Virus record (IMG/VR): IMGVR_UViG_3300037722_000810
Span: 1-28,966 of that record
DNA from: a virus
Lineage: Duplodnaviria > Caudoviricetes
Direction: 5' to 3' (one strand)
DNA length: 28,966 bases
Part shown: piece after piece, positions 25,333 to 28,966 of the stretch
Position numbering within the stretch: position 1 is the first letter of the stretch
Layout of the letters: every line of letters begins with the position of its first letter
The notes under the pieces: model-generated
What the model was told of the DNA's origin: nothing
Database searches by the model: none
What the model saw: the letters and a program-made list of their open reading frames with translations, nothing else
Made by a program: the position numbers and the translations under genes

Positions 25333-26405
25333 TGATCACGCTGTCCGACTATTTCATGGGGCGCGACCGCTCGCACCCCGAGGACTGCACCGACGAGATC
25401 CGCGGCAACGCGGCGCTGACGGTGGCGCGGGTGAACCTGCTGCTCGCCGATGCCGAGGAGGAGCTCGTCGCGCCCGGCATCGACGAGGTGACGGGCACGC
25501 ACGTGGCGAGCGGCTGGCGGCCGCGCGGGATCAACGCCCGCACGCAGAACGCAGCGACGGGCTCGAAGCACCTCACCGCGCGGGCCTGCGACCTGCAGGA
25601 CACGCCGGACCGCAAGTTCGCGCGCTGGTGCCTGCGCAATCTGGGCGCGCTCGAGCGCATCGGGTTGTGGATGGAGGATCCGCAGTGGACGCCGAGTTGG
25701 GTCCACCTGCAGACGGTGCCGCCCGGATCCGGCCGGCGCGTGTACCGGCCGAGCGCCGCGGAGGCGCTGGTGGCCAAGCTGCCGGAGCAGCTCGAGCCGC
25801 CGGCGGCCACGCAGGGCGGCTTCGGCATGGTGCACGCGATCGCCGCGGTGGCGATCGTGGGCGCGCTCACCGCGCTCGCCCTCATGGCGAAGAACTACAT
25901 CGAGGGGGTGCGCGAGGCCGGCGTCGACGCCGGCCGGCGCGCGGCGCTCCTCGAGGTGGCGCAGCGGGACAACACGCAGCTCGCGGCCGTGCAAAAGCGC
26001 GTGCTCGAGCTGCAGGCCGAACTCGCCGAGCGCGAGCAGCGGCACCGGGATGAAGTGGCCAGGATCGACCAGGAGGGCACCGATGAACTCAGGAAGGTGG
26101 AGCAGGAACGCGACGCTGCTCGGCGGCGCGCTACTCAGTACGCTGGCCGGCTGCGCGACCCCGGAGCCCGCCCGGCCGACGGCTGCGGCGCCGGCGATCG
26201 TGGAGACGGCGCGGCCGCGGCTGTCGCCGGTGCCGGCGTGGATCCTGGAGAAGCCCGGGCGCCGGGAGGCGAACTTTCGGCAGAGGCTGGAGGATTTCTT
26301 CGCGCCGAAGCCGACCGCGCCGACGAAGTAGCGCACGAGCACAACGCGCTGGCGGTGCGGCTCGAGGCGTGCCAGCAGATCGCGATCGACGATCGCAAGA
26401 ACTGA
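25332..26405 (+). CDS. Fused peptidase M15-family endolysin + inner-membrane spanin (Rz-like), 357 aa
   Basis: GGGAGG RBS and TGATG start. Zn-peptidase motifs SGWR, SKH..A.D and WVH. With no stop, a TM helix follows, then a coiled coil, RLRDP and ADRADE...LEACQ typical of i-spanins. Confidence 0.85.
   Translation: MITLSDYFMGRDRSHPEDCTDEIRGNAALTVARVNLLLADAEEELVAPGIDEVTGTHVASGWRPRGINARTQNAATGSKHLTARACDLQDTPDRKFARWCLRNLGALERIGLWMEDPQWTPSWVHLQTVPPGSGRRVYRPSAAEALVAKLPEQLEPPAATQGGFGMVHAIAAVAIVGALTALALMAKNYIEGVREAGVDAGRRAALLEVAQRDNTQLAAVQKRVLELQAELAEREQRHRDEVARIDQEGTDELRKVEQERDAARRRATQYAGRLRDPGARPADGCGAGDRGDGAAAAVAGAGVDPGEARAPGGELSAEAGGFLRAEADRADEVAHEHNALAVRLEACQQIAIDDRKN
26083..26331 (+). CDS. Outer-membrane spanin lipoprotein (Rz1-like), embedded in the +1 frame of Rz
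   Basis: AGGAGG RBS, ATG 26083, lipobox LAGC, Pro-rich mature part. Fully nested in the i-spanin region. Confidence 0.9.
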   Translation: MNSGRWSRNATLLGGALLSTLAGCATPEPARPTAAAPAIVETARPRLSPVPAWILEKPGRREANFRQRLEDFFAPKPTAPTK

Positions 26406-26587
26406 ATCGGGTGGGCCCGGCGCGCGGTCGCGCATGCTTTCCCCTCCTCCCCGCGCGCCCGGTGGACCGCGCCGGTGCCCGCCCGTCCAGACATCCGCAC
26501 CCTGGAGTTGAACGTCAATTCGCAATGGAGGCGCCGATGAAGTAGACCCACCACGAGGAAACAGCTTTCGGACATCGGTAAGAAGAG

Positions 26588-26629
26588 AGACGCCCGGATC
26601 CCGCGAGGGGTCCGGGCGTTTTGCCGTTT
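26588..26629 (+). terminator. Late operon terminator
   Basis: AGACGCCCGGATCCC-GCGA-GGGGTCCGGGCGTTT 15-bp stem with GNRA loop, running into TTTTGCCGTTT. Confidence 0.8.
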
Positions 26630-26749
26630 CCGGCGCAGGCGACACGGGCGGCCTGCGTGCGTGGCGCCTGCTGGGCGCTGCGGGCGTCGGACGTGCCTTG
26701 TACGTCCCGCCGGAGCGCCGCGCCTGCGCGATCCTGGCGCGTTTGCGTG

Positions 26750-26771
26750 CGGGGACTTTTGCGGGGACTCG
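26750..26771. repeat. Integrase arm-type site pair, left arm
   Basis: CGGGGACTT-ttg-CGGGGACTCG. The same pair recurs at 26961-26982. Confidence 0.8.
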
Positions 26772-26862
26772 AGCGTGCTGCGGCATCCACGACCGAGCAG
26801 AAGCGCGGAACGGCCGCTCGGCCAAGTGCTACAATTTCAACACGTTGCGCTCGACCCGATAC

Positions 26863-26907
26863 CTACGAACCAAGGGGTCGTGGGTTCAAATCCTGCCGGG
26901 CGCGCCA
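26863..26907 (+). other. attP: attP core: 3' half of tRNA-Arg(ACG), from anticodon loop to CCA
   Basis: CTACGAA-CCAAG-GGGTC-GTGGGTTCAAATCCTGC-CGGGCGC-GCCA. No D-arm or 5' acceptor strand upstream. Adjacent to the integrase 3' end. Confidence 0.92.
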
Positions 26908-26913
26908 CCTTCA

Positions 26914-26926
26914 AATCAACGACTTA
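26914..26926 (+). promoter_or_regulatory. IHF-binding site in attP
   Basis: AATCAACGACTTA is an exact WATCAANNNNTTR match. A 1-mismatch copy TTTCAACACGTTG lies at 26835-26847. Confidence 0.75.
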
Positions 26927-26940
26927 GGCCACTTTCCGGC

Positions 26941-28086
26941 CTAGGCCGTTTTCTTCTCCCCGGGGACTTCTCCGGGGACTCGCGACTGCCGGATGATCGC
27001 CGACAGAGGCACGTTCTGCGCGTGCCGCTCGTCGGTGATGAGCTCCAGCGCCTGCCGCAGTTCCACCACCTGGGCGACCGAGTAGTGCGCGGTCATGCCC
27101 TTCCGAACGTGCCACAACACGTCGGCGATCGTCTCCTCCCGCACGCCCGCCTCCCGCAGCCGCATGCCCACGGTGTGCCGGATGTCGTGCACCCGGAACC
27201 CCTGCAGACCGCACCGCGCCCGCCACTTCTGCCAGGCGGTGTTGTTCATCGTCTCGACCGGCCTGTATTTCGGCTTGCGGCCGGCCTTGCGGATCTGCGA
27301 GTAGACGAAGACGAACTCCTCGTGCTGCCCGCGGACCGATTCGATGATCGACTGCGCCACCGTGTTGCACACCAGCACGCGATCGCGCTTCCTGCCCTTC
27401 ACCCACCGCCTGGGCACGACGAAGACCGAGAAGCCCAGATCCGGCAGCCGCACTTCCCAGGACCACCGCAGGTTGCATAGCGCCTCGTCGCGCGCGCCGG
27501 TGTTCAGGTCGAACAGCACCATGCGCCCGAGGTGCGCGGGGAGCTTCGCCAGGTGCTCGCGCTGATCGCGCCAGCTGATCTGCACCGGCTCCCTCGCATC
27601 GTCCTGCGGCAGGAACTGGATGAGCGGGGGCACACCCGGCAGCCACGGCTTCCCGTCCTCGCCGCGCCAGCTGCGTGCCGCGAGGTTGAGGATCCTGCGC
27701 ACGATGCCGAGCGCGAGGTTCACGGTCTTCGCCTTCGATCCGCCGGCGAGCCTCGCCTTCACGTAGGGCTTCAGCGTGCCGTCGTGCACCTGGTCGAGCT
27801 GCAGCTGCCCGATGAAGGGCATGGCCGTCTTGAGCAGGTGGATCTCGAGCTCGATCGAGAGCTTCGCGGAGTACTTCTCGACGTAGTGCGCCGCGGCCTG
27901 GTCGAACGTGGGGACGACGCCCGCGGCTCGGGCCCGGAGCGCGCCTATGCGCTCGAGGATCCAGCCCTCCGCCGCTTCAGGATCGCAGAAGCTGCGGCGT
28001 GGAAGTCGGTGACCACGGTAGACCTTGTCGACGTGCCAGCGGCCATCCTTGCCCGGGTAGATTCCCGGGATTCTTTTTCGGCCCAT
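26941..28086 (-). CDS. int: Tyrosine integrase
   Basis: TGAR, HDIRH, LWH and AHY catalytic pattern. SD AAAGGAG. Adjacent to attP. Confidence 0.95.
   Translation of the reverse strand: MGRKRIPGIYPGKDGRWHVDKVYRGHRLPRRSFCDPEAAEGWILERIGALRARAAGVVPTFDQAAAHYVEKYSAKLSIELEIHLLKTAMPFIGQLQLDQVHDGTLKPYVKARLAGGSKAKTVNLALGIVRRILNLAARSWRGEDGKPWLPGVPPLIQFLPQDDAREPVQISWRDQREHLAKLPAHLGRMVLFDLNTGARDEALCNLRWSWEVRLPDLGFSVFVVPRRWVKGRKRDRVLVCNTVAQSIIESVRGQHEEFVFVYSQIRKAGRKPKYRPVETMNNTAWQKWRARCGLQGFRVHDIRHTVGMRLREAGVREETIADVLWHVRKGMTAHYSVAQVVELRQALELITDERHAQNVPLSAIIRQSRVPGEVPGEKKTA
26961..26982. repeat. Integrase arm-type site pair, right arm (within the int 3' end)
   Basis: CGGGGACTT-ctc-CGGGGACTCG. Confidence 0.8.
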
Positions 28087-28331
28087 GTGCTATCTCCTTT
28101 CTCGCCGGGCCGACCGTTCCGCTGCGCGCGATACTCATCGAACGCCCGGTCCAGGTCAACCCGATCCCAGACCTTGCGCGTGCCGGCCGGCGTAGGAACC
28201 GGCAGCAAGGGCTTGATGTGCTTGTTGAAAGCCCGGCGGCGGAAGCCCAGGTAGGTGAGCGCCTCGGCGTAGCTGTAGGCCCGCTTCAGCGCCGGTGCAG
28301 ATGTGTGGACTGGGGTGAGGCGGGCGGGCAT
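27945..28331 (-). CDS. xis: Excisionase-like HTH protein
   Basis: YSYAEALTYLGFRRRAFNKHIKP...WDRVDLD winged-HTH pattern. Upstream of and overlapping int. Confidence 0.7.
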   Translation of the reverse strand: MPARLTPVHTSAPALKRAYSYAEALTYLGFRRRAFNKHIKPLLPVPTPAGTRKVWDRVDLDRAFDEYRAQRNGRPGEKGDSTWAEKESRESTRARMAAGTSTRSTVVTDFHAAASAILKRRRAGSSSA

Positions 28332-28334
28332 CGG

Positions 28335-28571
28335 CTAGATCAGCCCCCGCTTGCGCATCTCCTGGACCACCAGGTTTGCGTGCGCAAGGCCTGCGGCCAT
28401 CGCGCCGGCCATCATGGCGTACCGTACAAAGCCGGGTAGATTGTGCGTGGCCATCTCGACGGCGACGAACTGGGGACGCAAGCGATCCCACATCACGTCG
28501 GCCGCGGCCTGGCGGCCGATGAAGAGCTGGTGCTCGGGTTCGCGCGACTCTAGTTGGTCGATGGTTGTCAT
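28335..28571 (-). CDS. Hypothetical early protein (78 aa, MTTIDQLESR...)
   Basis: ATGA overlap with the upstream gene. Ends 3 nt before xis. Confidence 0.6.
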   Translation of the reverse strand: MTTIDQLESREPEHQLFIGRQAAADVMWDRLRPQFVAVEMATHNLPGFVRYAMMAGAMAAGLAHANLVVQEMRKRGLI

Positions 28572-28741
28572 TTCTTCACATGCCGATAGTCGGGCGTGCC
28601 GCAGAACAGGCAGCGCCACTCCATCCAGTGCACTGTGCCCTTGACGTTGCCGGTCTGCCGCTGGCGGAAGAGATGCCACTGCTCGAGCTTCCAGTTGCCG
28701 AGGCGGCCGAGGTCCACGCACACGACGAAGTAGTAGCGCAC
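28568..28741 (-). CDS. Small hypothetical protein (57 aa, MRYYFVVC...WRCLFCG)
   Basis: Hand-translated (below the ORF track cut-off). GTG start after GAGG, one CxxC, stop overlaps the next ATG. Confidence 0.5.
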   Translation of the reverse strand: MRYYFVVCVDLGRLGNWKLEQWHLFRQRQTGNVKGTVHWMEWRCLFCGTPDYRHVKK

Positions 28742-28765
28742 CTCACGGCGCCTCGATGCGGGACT

Positions 28766-28966
28766 TCACTTGTTCGCCACCTCGAGCAGCACGTCGACAT
28801 GGCAGGGCTGGTCGAGCGAGCACCAGCAGGCGAGGTTCTTGCCGCGTAGGAAGCCGAGAATGTCAGGTTCGGCACGTACTACGCCGGCGAAGTATTCGCG
28901 GTAGAACTCCTTGGCGATCGCCGGAGTGACCTTGGCGTCGTACATCGAGCCGTGAACTTCGATACG
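28766..28966 (-). CDS. DUF4326-family protein, 5' truncated by the window edge
   Basis: Hand translation ends ...LRGKNLACWCSLDQPCHVDVLLEVANK*, the characteristic DUF4326 C-terminal motif. Confidence 0.85.
   Translation of the reverse strand, partial: RIEVHGSMYDAKVTPAIAKEFYREYFAGVVRAEPDILGFLRGKNLACWCSLDQPCHVDVLLEVANK

Larger units (their letters stand above)
1..28966. mobile_element. Temperate siphovirus-type phage (late operon, lysis, attP, int/xis, start of early region), non-integrated configuration
   Basis: Contiguous head-tail-lysis gene order on +. Integrase and xis on -. Phage genes lie on both sides of a tRNA 3'-half core. No host genes seen. Confidence 0.96.

Noticed and set aside
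25245-26435. Protein from the - strand ATG 26435 with a strong SD
   Set aside because: The translation is the antisense shadow of the endolysin/spanin with no protein-like features. The SD-like tract is kept only as part of the RNA hairpin finding.
26534-26570. Hammerhead ribozyme-like CCGATGA...GAAAC
   Set aside because: The core differs from CUGANGA, and I could not form convincing stems I-III.
26830-26907. Complete tRNA-Arg gene
   Set aside because: The 5' acceptor strand, D-arm and 5' anticodon stem are missing, so it is an attP core fragment.
26698-28254. + strand ORFs over attP and int (26698..27480, 27532..28254)
   Set aside because: Antisense shadows of the integrase that cross the att site.

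Overview
High-GC temperate long-tailed (siphovirus-type) phage. The lysis genes and integrase flank an intact attP, so this is the excised or free form. The + strand carries the late operon: lambda-type terminase, gpW and portal; a four-gene accessory block; S49 protease with a nested scaffold; capsid cement; Mu gpT-type major capsid; head-tail connectors; tail tube; chaperone with a -1 frameshift; tape measure; tail tip genes; and a tail fibre. Next come an antisense SAM-methyltransferase moron and a lysis cassette. The attP core is the 3' half of tRNA-Arg(ACG), with arm repeats and IHF sites, and suggests a betaproteobacterial-type host. The - strand carries integrase, excisionase and small early genes. 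The most unusual feature is that the M15 endolysin and the i-spanin (Rz) form one ORF, joined by a sequence closely resembling a type IV prepilin (class III) cleavage site plus hydrophobic helix. This may be a lysis polyprotein cut by the host prepilin peptidase. Also notable are a nested domain insertion in the tail hub protein with G-rich and C-rich flanks, a dual-use hairpin between the moron and the lysis genes, and structured or minigene elements next to attP. All family assignments come from motif recognition by eye; no searches were run.
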